Source: an uncultured Mycoplasmatota bacterium (GTDB lineage: Bacteria > Bacillota_I > Bacilli_A > RF39 > UBA660). From it: a stretch of DNA of 64,000 nucleotides. Both the position numbers and the translations under genes were made by a program. Positions within the stretch are counted from its first letter, which is position 1; every line of letters begins with the position of its first letter. Positions 28,801 through 37,187 of this stretch are shown here, one piece after another. The notes beneath the pieces are model-generated. The model had not been told where the DNA came from, did not search any database, and saw nothing but the letters and a program-made list of their open reading frames with translations. The DNA is taken from contig UQXO01000002.1 in assembly GCA_900545005.1 (NCBI GenBank), forward strand, positions 1,901-65,900, written 5' to 3'.

Positions 28801-31800
28801 TATAAATAGCAAAGTTTTCCATACTATTTGAGAAGTTACCTTGAATACGCCAGAATTCTTCACCCGTTGAAACACCTAGAGCTTCACTAATAATTTTATC
28901 TCTAATGGTTGCTAAAGATGAATTTAACTGAACTTTAAAGTCATTTATTGCACTAGTAGTATCAATCATTGTAGCATCATTTTTAACTGGACTTTCTACT
29001 GGCTCGGTAACAATAGCCTGTCTAAATGAAGAATACTGATTAATATAGTTATTATAGGCATCTAACATTTTTTGCTTTGTATTAGCAGCTTCATTTAAAT
29101 ATTTAGTATTATCTACAGAAGTAGTAACACAAGTTCTTTGACCAGCAACACCAACAGTTGCATGATATATATTATCTAAGTTAGTAGAAATATATCTTCC
29201 TGCATAAGTAGTTCCAAGATTACCTGGCATCTTAAAGGCATAATCTTCTTTACAAACTATTTTACAATAATCATTAGCAGTTTGAACAGTATATGAGTTA
29301 CCATTTGGGTCAGTAGCTTCTACCCCATTCTCACCAATTATACATTTCTCCCAGTTAACAGTAAACGAACTAGTAAGGGAATCCACTAGACCAGAAACAG
29401 AACCTAGATTAGTAGCATTCATAACTTGGTCTTTAATGGAGCCTAAGTAATTTAGAACACCATTTAAGCCATCACCGGTTGAAGAAACTACAGTTTGAAT
29501 AGTACTTGAGAATGATAAAATATTGTTCATTACTTGATCCATACCAGTGGCTTGAGCTAAATAATCAACTAAGTAAGAAGACGCTTTAGCAATATCTTTT
29601 AAACTAGAAGCAGAAGAGGCACTGTCAACGGAATTTTTAAGAGCTTCTAATAAGTTTTTAGTATCGGTAGATATCTTAGTATTACTAGCAGCTTCATAAA
29701 TTTCAGCCCACTCCTTTTTTACATTATCATAGCCATTATCCGCAACGTTAACCATTGTTTCTAAGAATAGTTTTGATAATACTTTGAAGTTATCTTGAGC
29801 GGTCCCATTAAAGTTAACATTGTTAAGGGCTTGACTTAAAAATCTAGCGGTCTGGTTTTGATTATTAGTATATAACGAATCTAAAAATTTCAATTCATTT
29901 TTGATATTCTTAGTAATATTTACTTTATCAGCAAAGTTATAAAGTAAAGCACTTGAGTTCTTTAATCCACTTATAGATAAGCCATTTAAGCCAATGTCCT
30001 TAAGTAATTGAACCATAGAAGTAGCATTGCCAATTAAAGTTCTTAAATCTCCAATATTATTAATACCACTCATAAGAGAATTAAATAATGTTCCTGATTG
30101 GGTTCCTTCAATTAAATAGAAAACCGTTTCTGAATTAGTACAAGGAAGAGCGAAAGTTGCACGACAAGTATTTTCCTTTTTCTTACCCATATCAATTGGA
30201 ATTTCTTCCATTTTTTCAGCTTCACCATTATTAAAAGCAATAAATTTCTGATAAGTTTTAATAACATGTTTAGTTTGTTTTTTAGCAGTTGTAGTTAAAA
30301 CTAAAATATTAGTAATTGATTTTTTAGAAACGTAACTAGTAGTAACTCTAAGTTTAATAGAATCGCTTTCTCCCAATGATTGATATACATTTTTTTTAGT
30401 TACTTTAAATTTAGCAACAGTGTAGCCGCTAGAATCTCTAGTCCAGTCGCTAATAGTTGTGATATCTGAGTCATTAATTGTTATAGTTGTACCACCATCA
30501 GTAACAGCAGTAATCTTAAAATTTTCTTTACTAGTTGCTTCCGTTATTAAGCGGTCATCGTCACTTTTTAATTTGACGGTAAATGTTACTTCAAAACCGG
30601 TATTTGACTCAATCGTCTTTGGAGTTTCATACTCTACTTTGAATTCTACTTCGTTCTCAGCTTTAGTAATAGATTCATTGCCAGTAGCAAACGTTGTTAC
30701 ATCATTATAAACTTTCGTTAACATAGCATCCGCATTAGTAAAATGTTTTTTATTGTAACCATCATAAGCCGTTACCAAGTCTCGCGAGGTGTTAATTGTT
30801 GCTATTATATGTGGGTTATATACTGAAAATTCACTTCCGCCATAATTAAAAATAAGCATTCTGGCAACGTTATTTAAAACGTAATCAGCATAATATTCAG
30901 CTCTAGTACCACTTGTTCCTGAAGCATTTTTAATTTCATTTAAATTATTTTCGTCAGCATACCAATTAGAATATAAGCGATATAATCCTCGCCAAAGTAC
31001 AGAATTTTCCTTAATGATTGTTTGAGGCTGAGAATGATATTTTACTCCATCTGACTCAGGACCTGTGGCACCAGGATCAACGCAAAAGGCCGTAATTGGT
31101 GTTGTCGTATCTTGACCATCGCAAGCATAATATGTTTTATAAACATTATAATAGTTATGAGCTCCTACTGGTGATTTGAATAAAGGGTCATTTTTATAAC
31201 TTTCTACTTCTTTAACAATAAAGTCGGTACAAGCATTTTTACCATAAGTACTGCTATTATTAGCTTGACTAACAACTTCTCCGGTTTCAGTATCCACTGT
31301 CGTCGCTGGTAAAGACTCATTTAGCTTTTCACAAGCATTTCTAGTAGTTGCTGATTTAGAAGTATCAGTTTGACGATACTTGCCTGATTCTGCTGCTTCG
31401 CTAGCTTTCATCCATTTATAAGTAGTAACATTAGAAATTTTTACTTGATAACACGCTTCTGTATCATCTTTTGTTTGCTTAGTATCACCACATTTGCTAG
31501 TATCAGATTGAATGTTACTAGTGTTGCAACTGTTTTTAGAAGTTGTTTTATAACCACCAGGTACCCTACAACAAACATTATCATTAGATACATCAGCTAC
31601 TATCGTTATATTTACCCTTCTGGTAACTTCACTTGCAGTTCCAGCATTAATCTTGTATTTGAATGTTAAAGTATTGCTAGCACCATTTTGAATACTGTTC
31701 TTTTTTGTCTGGTCAAAAATTATTTTATAATCATTTCCATTTTTTCTAGCAACAGCAAAGGCAGTGTTATATGCTCCTCTTGAGTATGTTGGGGCTCCAT

Positions 31801-32041
31801 CAAGAGTGATTTTACTTTTTTCTACTTTCGTTCTATTAGAAATCATACCTATTACAGTGCTGACTAATTCAGACATATTCATATCAGCTTTGGTTATTTT
31901 TTTGGTTATTGAAATGCTTGATAAGGAGCCAGCTACATCACCAGTTTCGTCTTCTGCATAAACTACATTGCAGTCGATAAATCCAAATCCTATAATTAGA
32001 AATAAGCAAATGATAATTACTTTTTTAATACTACTTTTCAT
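25874..32041 (-). CDS. giant secreted Cys-rich protein (2,055 aa), unknown function
   Basis: Signal peptide MKSSIKKVIIICLFLIIGFGFIDCNVVYA/EDE. Many Cys throughout, no LPXTG or C-terminal TM. Beta-rich Ig-like stretch (EVEFKVEYETPK..FEVTFTVKLK) and long A/S/N/L-rich helical stretches. Confidence 0.8.
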   Translation of the reverse strand: MKSSIKKVIIICLFLIIGFGFIDCNVVYAEDETGDVAGSLSSISITKKITKADMNMSELVSTVIGMISNRTKVEKSKITLDGAPTYSRGAYNTAFAVARKNGNDYKIIFDQTKKNSIQNGASNTLTFKYKINAGTASEVTRRVNITIVADVSNDNVCCRVPGGYKTTSKNSCNTSNIQSDTSKCGDTKQTKDDTEACYQVKISNVTTYKWMKASEAAESGKYRQTDTSKSATTRNACEKLNESLPATTVDTETGEVVSQANNSSTYGKNACTDFIVKEVESYKNDPLFKSPVGAHNYYNVYKTYYACDGQDTTTPITAFCVDPGATGPESDGVKYHSQPQTIIKENSVLWRGLYRLYSNWYADENNLNEIKNASGTSGTRAEYYADYVLNNVARMLIFNYGGSEFSVYNPHIIATINTSRDLVTAYDGYNKKHFTNADAMLTKVYNDVTTFATGNESITKAENEVEFKVEYETPKTIESNTGFEVTFTVKLKSDDDRLITEATSKENFKITAVTDGGTTITINDSDITTISDWTRDSSGYTVAKFKVTKKNVYQSLGESDSIKLRVTTSYVSKKSITNILVLTTTAKKQTKHVIKTYQKFIAFNNGEAEKMEEIPIDMGKKKENTCRATFALPCTNSETVFYLIEGTQSGTLFNSLMSGINNIGDLRTLIGNATSMVQLLKDIGLNGLSISGLKNSSALLYNFADKVNITKNIKNELKFLDSLYTNNQNQTARFLSQALNNVNFNGTAQDNFKVLSKLFLETMVNVADNGYDNVKKEWAEIYEAASNTKISTDTKNLLEALKNSVDSASSASSLKDIAKASSYLVDYLAQATGMDQVMNNILSFSSTIQTVVSSTGDGLNGVLNYLGSIKDQVMNATNLGSVSGLVDSLTSSFTVNWEKCIIGENGVEATDPNGNSYTVQTANDYCKIVCKEDYAFKMPGNLGTTYAGRYISTNLDNIYHATVGVAGQRTCVTTSVDNTKYLNEAANTKQKMLDAYNNYINQYSSFRQAIVTEPVESPVKNDATMIDTTSAINDFKVQLNSSLATIRDKIISEALGVSTGEEFWRIQGNFSNSMENFAIYIAGEFLSGDLNSDTITNAFKESAETAFGDTFEQYKDKINTSIDGVKDTIANEVGNLAKTGLKSLGSVALDAIGKGFITFLCNVGRFLGADVCQIYAQGSTAVKNVVTNTNSSTQGTLKIFNIQKAQPYTYTTDVFKLENSTSNETKLSSKFVQDTTKTISKETTGNEIEVWIMDPSSYIMKSMHFGVYFNFRNLGKSVESFQKATNTTTKAIGNVQVTFNAISNASNILKNPTKRSIKKLNSSSFGSLGDVSGVLSTINEIFQAVGDAKDILSLTEKDISEVLDYAFDGYYYLRGTFSPYYAYIASLREQMRKYKDEYENYRTDLLSKASNMNACTIWDQEYQMDPEITFTYGYKNNNLLEFMANKNNKTTNSITLQAINKNETPDVSTYYCYKDVDINKIQDWNNIMDGTCVTSDGMLGSIAAALLNGNNSNDVAKFFNENKEVIGQLFSNLKEIPQVQEFTNNICKGNEKLCNLFGLSSDEDVAGSVNTYIPGSIAYDLSYKGTSNVFKEATSSIASANFKGLETSIVTKLIAHVQEGQNVKYRNVKRVATISRYGNPGVSIAGFNLQSLLSNIATWATNKVGGTTSGFLNKVNDIASSINGQGSQKFIYYKSSQPYWTYSNKGIYVTNPNNFNDTTEAPILVDAGDEAIKNTDIVTTDGSEKKAEGLVYPIALSTMPGKYSYQIKINNLGQYYNNTYSLGRIVDDNGYVSGLLANQYVCNYEVKAEPDTVIPSCEDILKSSDCQNDDEKSYLDLFLHTNKDDKLYEEYENKANACINKLLADGDTCCSYVEATKVPASNEIYNNVCNNHCQGIKLYGEDSALQTTITTNNSSALIGNNGTLQFYTKVVSNYDLFPNGNSSKGYNWSGETSGVENTTDRKGQKLSDIIKQIEDVGDGIYADDEKYLEYSITMNSACMNAIKTYNKNQEIIDLGFGDYSASSISKESREYKSQFLADIQSNSEYSSCKIDSYLK

Positions 32042-32757
32042 TAAACAATTTCCTCCTTTCTCTTTTTATTTCGTAGATATATAAAGGTACCAGTACCACC
32101 AATTATTATCAAGATAACAATAGTAACTATAACCCAGTGTTTCTTAACAAAATTAGTAGTTTCTTCTAAGATACCTTCTTTTCTAGTTTCATCATTAACA
32201 CTTTTATGAGTCTTAGCATATTCATTAATACCATTAACAAAGTCAATATAAGCTATATCATCAGCAGTCATAAACTCTTGACAATAAAAATAATCAGGAT
32301 AATCACTACAAATTGATTCATTATAGTACTGGTTAGCTCTTGGTACCGTAACATTTATCTGTCTAATAGCCTTTTTCCCACATTCAGTATCAACCGGATA
32401 AATTGAAATAGTATATTGTTTAACTTTTCCCATACCACCAGTAGAATAAGATACTTCCCCATCAGTTTCTGGGTCATAATCAAGACGATATTTAGAACTA
32501 TCATATTCTAAGATAGCATAAATATCACTGGTTAAATTGTAAACGTCAATCATGCCTAAGTATGAAGTTCCGGTTATCTCTTCACCACTATCTGGGTCCG
32601 TACTCGTATAATTATAAGAATAAGGATAGCCCTTAGCAGTTACGGCCCCAGCCGCATTATTAAGTTCAGCTTGGCGTTCTAAAGTACAATATTCTGCTTT
32701 TACTTTAGGAATAAAAAGTAAACTTAAGAGAAAAAATAGTAAATATTTTCTTTTCAT
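32041..32757 (-). CDS. secreted protein with C-terminal TM anchor (238 aa)
   Basis: Signal peptide MKRKYLLFFLLSLLFIPKVKA/EY; C-terminal HWVIVTIVILIIIGGTGTFIYL followed by RNKKRKEE. 1-nt overlap with the giant gene start. Confidence 0.65.
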   Translation of the reverse strand: MKRKYLLFFLLSLLFIPKVKAEYCTLERQAELNNAAGAVTAKGYPYSYNYTSTDPDSGEEITGTSYLGMIDVYNLTSDIYAILEYDSSKYRLDYDPETDGEVSYSTGGMGKVKQYTISIYPVDTECGKKAIRQINVTVPRANQYYNESICSDYPDYFYCQEFMTADDIAYIDFVNGINEYAKTHKSVNDETRKEGILEETTNFVKKHWVIVTIVILIIIGGTGTFIYLRNKKRKEEIV

Positions 32758-32767
32758 GTTAACCTCC

Positions 32768-33643
32768 TTAGACGTTTTCCGATTTTATAAATCGATAATT
32801 TTTATCGAATGTATATTTGATAGATGGCATACCTTCAGTATTTTTACAATCTTCTAAAGCACGACCATTAGATATATAAATTTCTGGTAAAGTAGTTTCA
32901 CAATAAACTTTTTCTTTAAAGGCACTATCGTAAACTCCATACTTCATCTCACCATCAAATTGCATGACATTAAAATAATACTTAGCAGATATTTCATAGC
33001 CGCTAGAAGTCTTTTCTAAAGAACCTTTTTCACTTTCATAAGTGCCATCAGCATTTTCATCATCAGAATCTTCTTCATCAGTATAATCAACCATACTTAT
33101 TGGTATCATACATTCAGTATCATCGCAGATAACAGCATTTACTCCTCTAAAGAAGCCATCGGTTATAATTGTTTCTGGTTCCATTTTCAAATCTTTAAAC
33201 TTAGCCGCTAAGGCTTTATTAATAAATTTTATGGATAATTTTACTGTACCTAACTCTGTATCCTTATCAAACATATTAGCACCAGCCATATATTTAATTA
33301 GATCTGAGTCATTAAAGAACATCCTACTTAAAGTATAAAGAATTTTTACATTAGTATTGATATCATCAGAGTATGTAGCTCCCCAATAAATCTCATCAAC
33401 TGTACCAGTGCTATCAGTACTACTTATAAAGTCTTTAATACTATCCTCATCAAAAGGTTTAATAGCATCCTTAAGATAATTTTCAAATTCATTAGTAGTT
33501 GGATTATCTGGGGTTAATTCTTTATCCTTATGAAATATCTTCGAACAAATAAATATTATTAGCCCTATTAAAATCAGCCCTATTAATATGGATATAATTA
33601 TAGTTTTCTTATCTTTAAAATTAGGTTTTAACTTATTTTTCAT
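32768..33643 (-). CDS. N-terminally anchored protein (291 aa), first gene of the Tad-like operon
   Basis: TIIISILIGLILIGLIIFICS TM helix and acidic patch DYTDEEDSDDENADG. AGAAGGA SD upstream. Confidence 0.65.
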   Translation of the reverse strand: MKNKLKPNFKDKKTIIISILIGLILIGLIIFICSKIFHKDKELTPDNPTTNEFENYLKDAIKPFDEDSIKDFISSTDSTGTVDEIYWGATYSDDINTNVKILYTLSRMFFNDSDLIKYMAGANMFDKDTELGTVKLSIKFINKALAAKFKDLKMEPETIITDGFFRGVNAVICDDTECMIPISMVDYTDEEDSDDENADGTYESEKGSLEKTSSGYEISAKYYFNVMQFDGEMKYGVYDSAFKEKVYCETTLPEIYISNGRALEDCKNTEGMPSIKYTFDKNYRFIKSENV

Positions 33644-33748
33644 ACTTACACTTGTCCTTCTCTATCATAACTAATATAAGGATAACATTTTTTTCGTAAA
33701 AAAACAATTTATTCTTACAAAAATGGCTATTTTTTTTAAGGAAGCCAA

Positions 33749-33777
33749 TTGACTTTAGAAAGGGAATATGGTAAATT
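33749..33777 (+). promoter_or_regulatory. candidate sigma-A promoter of rpsD
   Basis: TTGACT - 17 nt - TAAATT, with TG at the extended -10 position. Confidence 0.55.
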
Positions 33778-33941
33778 ATTCTTGCATTTAATTGGCAGTG
33801 CCTAAAGTTTAGAGAAGTGTCTATCACGGTTTTGGTTATAAGTATCTTATGACTGCCTAAAGAGAAAATATCTGGATAGACTCCCCTAGAAACGGAAGGT
33901 ATACTAAGTAAAAGCAAAATTATTAGAAAGGAGAATATTTT
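33778..33941 (+). promoter_or_regulatory. ~165-nt rpsD 5' leader (possible S4 autoregulatory leader)
   Basis: Long untranslated leader containing TGCCTAAAG twice (33799 and 33854). rpsD leaders bound by S4 are known in Bacillota. Confidence 0.35.
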
Positions 33942-34544
33942 ATGGCAAGATATACTGGTGCACAATATAAGAAGTCACGTCATCTTGGTTTCTCTACTTT
34001 AGAAAATGGTAAAGAACTTGCAAGAAGACCTTATGCTCCTGGTATTCACGGACAAGATCGTAAGAGAAAGTTAAGTGAATATGGTGTTCAGTTACAAGAA
34101 AAACAAAAGGTAAGATTTATGTATGGTTTAAATGAAAAGCAATTTGCTAAAACATTTAAACGTGCTACTAAAATGGCTGGTATTACTGGTGAAAACTTAC
34201 TTCAACTTCTTGAGACTAGACTTGACAATGTAGTTTACCGTATGGGTATGGCTACTACTCGTCGTGGGGCTCGTCAAATCGTTAACCATGGTCATATTAC
34301 TGTTAATGGTATCAAAGTTGATATTCCTTCTTATACAGTAAAACCTGGTGATGTTGTTGCAGTTAAAGAACAATCTTTAGATCATCCTGCAATTAAAGCC
34401 GCTGTTGAAGCTACTTTAAATAGACCTGCTTATGTTGAATTTGATGCTAATAAGTTAACAGGAAAATATCTTCGTTATCCAGAAAGAAGCGAATTAAATC
34501 CTGATATTAATGAAGCATTAATAGTTGAATACTACAATAGATAG
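33942..34544 (+). CDS. rpsD: 30S ribosomal protein S4
   Basis: [17 protein letters not shown]..., [27 protein letters not shown]; 200 aa. Confidence 0.95.
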   Translation: MARYTGAQYKKSRHLGFSTLENGKELARRPYAPGIHGQDRKRKLSEYGVQLQEKQKVRFMYGLNEKQFAKTFKRATKMAGITGENLLQLLETRLDNVVYRMGMATTRRGARQIVNHGHITVNGIKVDIPSYTVKPGDVVAVKEQSLDHPAIKAAVEATLNRPAYVEFDANKLTGKYLRYPERSELNPDINEALIVEYYNR

Positions 34545-34553
34545 TAGATAAAG

Positions 34554-34582
34554 ACTCCAATCGAATTGATTGGAGTTTTTTA
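34554..34582. terminator. rho-independent terminator after rpsD
   Basis: ACTCCAATC gaatt GATTGGAGT followed by TTTTT. Confidence 0.8.
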
Positions 34583-34598
34583 GCACTTAAAAGCAACC

Positions 34599-35888
34599 CT
34601 ACTCTTGGGGTTGCTCTTCTAAAGGATTCATAATAACAGTACAAACGGAATATGCTTTTAAGTCTTCAATAACTTTACTAGCAGTATCCATATTAAGACT
34701 TTTAATTATATCATAAGTATTAGTAATAAATTTATTATGTGTCATAATATTATCTTGAATCATATTATTTAAGTATTCTATGTCATCTAAACCATAGATA
34801 AAATCTGCAATATTACAACGGATTCTTCTTTCTAAACGTTTAGGGGTTAAATCCATATGATCATAATTTTCTTTTAATCTCTTCTCTATTTCATTTGGAT
34901 ACTTAGTCTCCGCATTAATATTAATTATTAGAAAATCATCTACTAAATAAGCATTAGTACTTAATTTGCTAATCAAATTACTCTCTAATAGTCTTTCTTT
35001 GATATCACTAGTTGTTCCGAAGTTAGCATTCAAGATAATTCTGGTATAGACAAGTTTTTCCATATCACTAATGTTACCTAAACTACTCTTTTTAATCTTA
35101 TAAGCTATTCTTAGTTTAGGAGTAGTAACATTTCCATTAACCGTAACTTTTTCTTCATTAACTGTTTCTTTTTCTTTAGGTTTAATCTTTAGGGGATTTA
35201 AATACTTAGGAAACTCTTTAGAATTTTGATTTTCTCTAATAATAACATCTAAGTAATCAGGATCAAAATTACCTGTTACGGTTAAAAACATATTACTAGG
35301 ATGATAAAAGGTATCATAGACTAAATTAATTTCTTCTAAAGTAATATTCTTAACATCTTCTTCATCCCCAGTAACATAATACTTTCTTTGATTATTATGG
35401 AAAAGAGCGTTATTTAAATGATAATATAATACTTGATAAGGATTATTCTTTCCCATTTTAACTTCATTAAGAATAATCTTACGCTCTTTTTCAATTAATT
35501 CTTTTGTAAAATAAGGAGTCTCTACATAATCTAGTAAATGCGTGATATTTTCTTTTAGATTAGCACTAGCTAAAACTTCATAAGCTGTATAATCAAAAGT
35601 CGTAAAAGCGTTTATAGATGATCCTAACTTATTATAGTAATCATGAGCAGTCTTATTGGGACCTTCATTAAACTTAACATGTTCTAAGAAGTGAGCAATT
35701 CCTTTAGAGACTTTTTGAGTTTCATTACCTATTTTAAACTCGGTATCAATGCTTCCATATTTAACAGATAATGTTGCATAGAAGTTAGAAACATTTGTTT
35801 GCGGCCACATAAAGACTTCTAAACCGTTATCTAGTTTATCATAGTAGATGGTTTCATTATATTTATTAATTGTTAGTTTTTTTAGCAT
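34599..35888 (-). CDS. M16 (pitrilysin/insulinase) family zinc peptidase, active-type
   Basis: GIAHFLEHVKF (HxxEH zinc motif); about 430 aa; paired with an M16 partner upstream. Confidence 0.85.
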   Translation of the reverse strand: MLKKLTINKYNETIYYDKLDNGLEVFMWPQTNVSNFYATLSVKYGSIDTEFKIGNETQKVSKGIAHFLEHVKFNEGPNKTAHDYYNKLGSSINAFTTFDYTAYEVLASANLKENITHLLDYVETPYFTKELIEKERKIILNEVKMGKNNPYQVLYYHLNNALFHNNQRKYYVTGDEEDVKNITLEEINLVYDTFYHPSNMFLTVTGNFDPDYLDVIIRENQNSKEFPKYLNPLKIKPKEKETVNEEKVTVNGNVTTPKLRIAYKIKKSSLGNISDMEKLVYTRIILNANFGTTSDIKERLLESNLISKLSTNAYLVDDFLIININAETKYPNEIEKRLKENYDHMDLTPKRLERRIRCNIADFIYGLDDIEYLNNMIQDNIMTHNKFITNTYDIIKSLNMDTASKVIEDLKAYSVCTVIMNPLEEQPQE

Positions 35889-37143
35889 TGGAACCTCCTA
35901 ATAAATAGATGGTATTTAGTTTAATCTTTTTTGATAAGGCCACTATTTCTTCTTTTGTTACGGTCGTAATTTCTTTTAATCTTTCATTTAAGAGCGGGGC
36001 TCCGGTTAGATTATGGAATAAATAGTTATCAAGAATACTAGTCTCGGTGTCCATACTACTCTTTATTTGATTTACTAAGGTATTCTTAGTAGCGGCTATC
36101 TCTTCCTCAGTAAATAAACCTTGTTGCATTTCTTTAAGAGCTTTATTTACTAATTTTACACAATAATCTTTATTCTCATAATCAATTCCTGCATACACAA
36201 TTAAAAGATTATCATGTTTCTGAAAGAGACTATAAGTCTGATAACACATACCATTATCTTCTCTTAGATACTGACATAGTTTATTACTTAAGGAACCATT
36301 TCCAAAGATAGAGTTAAAGTATCCCATTACATAATTTTTCTCTCTTATAGTTAAAGCATCTGTTTGATATAACATAATTAAACTAGATTGTTCATAAGGA
36401 CCAATCTCTTCTTTATCAATTATCTTTTTAACTGGTTTATTCTTTAGAAAATACTCTTCTTCAAGATGAGGAAGATAATTATTATGATAATTTTCTCTTA
36501 CTAAGGATGCTACCTTATCCATATCGGTATTTCCTATAAAATAGATATCACAAGCAAAGTCTTTTAAAAACTCTTGGTAATAATTATATAAATCCTCCGG
36601 AGTTATTCTATCTAGGGCTTCTATAGTCCCGGGATAATCAAAACTAGCAGGGTTATCCTTATCTAGAGTCTTAAAAGCTTGTCTAAAAGCATAAGTCGTA
36701 GGATTATCCTTATTATTTAGAATAGAAGTACGAAATAAATTCTTAATAACTTCAAAGTCTTTTAAATTAGCCTCTCCATTACTAAAATTGGGATTAAAGA
36801 TAAATTCAAAAGGAAATTTAATTACTTCTTCTAAGTACTTCTTATCAGTATATTTAGGATCTAAGAAATCTAAAATAAAATCTATAAAAAACATCTGTCC
36901 TACTCTAGTACTAGCTTCATAAAAGGAAGCATCATATAAGTCTTCTAGTTTTTCAATAACTTTCTTTCGTTTATTATATTTCTTTGAAGTATAGTTAAGA
37001 TAATCTCCTAAGAAGTTATTAATCGTTATCTCTTCATTATTTATTCTTTTCTTAAAGATGATCTCTAAATGACAAGTTTTAAATTTATCAGTCTTAATTG
37101 TATATAAGTTATAGGTATCATTTTTGTATACTTTGTATTCCAT
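35866..37143 (-). CDS. M16 family peptidase-like protein lacking the HxxEH motif (non-catalytic partner)
   Basis: Same size and architecture with a 23-nt overlap to the active partner. No HxxEH seen in the translation. Confidence 0.7.
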   Translation of the reverse strand: MEYKVYKNDTYNLYTIKTDKFKTCHLEIIFKKRINNEEITINNFLGDYLNYTSKKYNKRKKVIEKLEDLYDASFYEASTRVGQMFFIDFILDFLDPKYTDKKYLEEVIKFPFEFIFNPNFSNGEANLKDFEVIKNLFRTSILNNKDNPTTYAFRQAFKTLDKDNPASFDYPGTIEALDRITPEDLYNYYQEFLKDFACDIYFIGNTDMDKVASLVRENYHNNYLPHLEEEYFLKNKPVKKIIDKEEIGPYEQSSLIMLYQTDALTIREKNYVMGYFNSIFGNGSLSNKLCQYLREDNGMCYQTYSLFQKHDNLLIVYAGIDYENKDYCVKLVNKALKEMQQGLFTEEEIAATKNTLVNQIKSSMDTETSILDNYLFHNLTGAPLLNERLKEITTVTKEEIVALSKKIKLNTIYLLGGSNAKKTNN

Positions 37144-37187
37144 AATCTATTTGTCTCCTAAATATAGTATGTCTTATGTTTTTATTT

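Noticed and set aside
30900-31150. Possible thioester (TED) adhesin domain in the giant protein, based on AFCVDPG fitting the [YFL]-C-x-[DNEQ] Cys motif
   Set aside because: I could not find the partner TQxA(I/V)W-type Gln motif in the following ~250 residues, so the single short match is insufficient.
33633-33965. 110-aa minus-strand ORF overlapping the rpsD start
   Set aside because: It spans the rpsD promoter and leader and the first codons of rpsD. It has no SD, and the Tad-operon first gene already starts at 33643 with a good SD.
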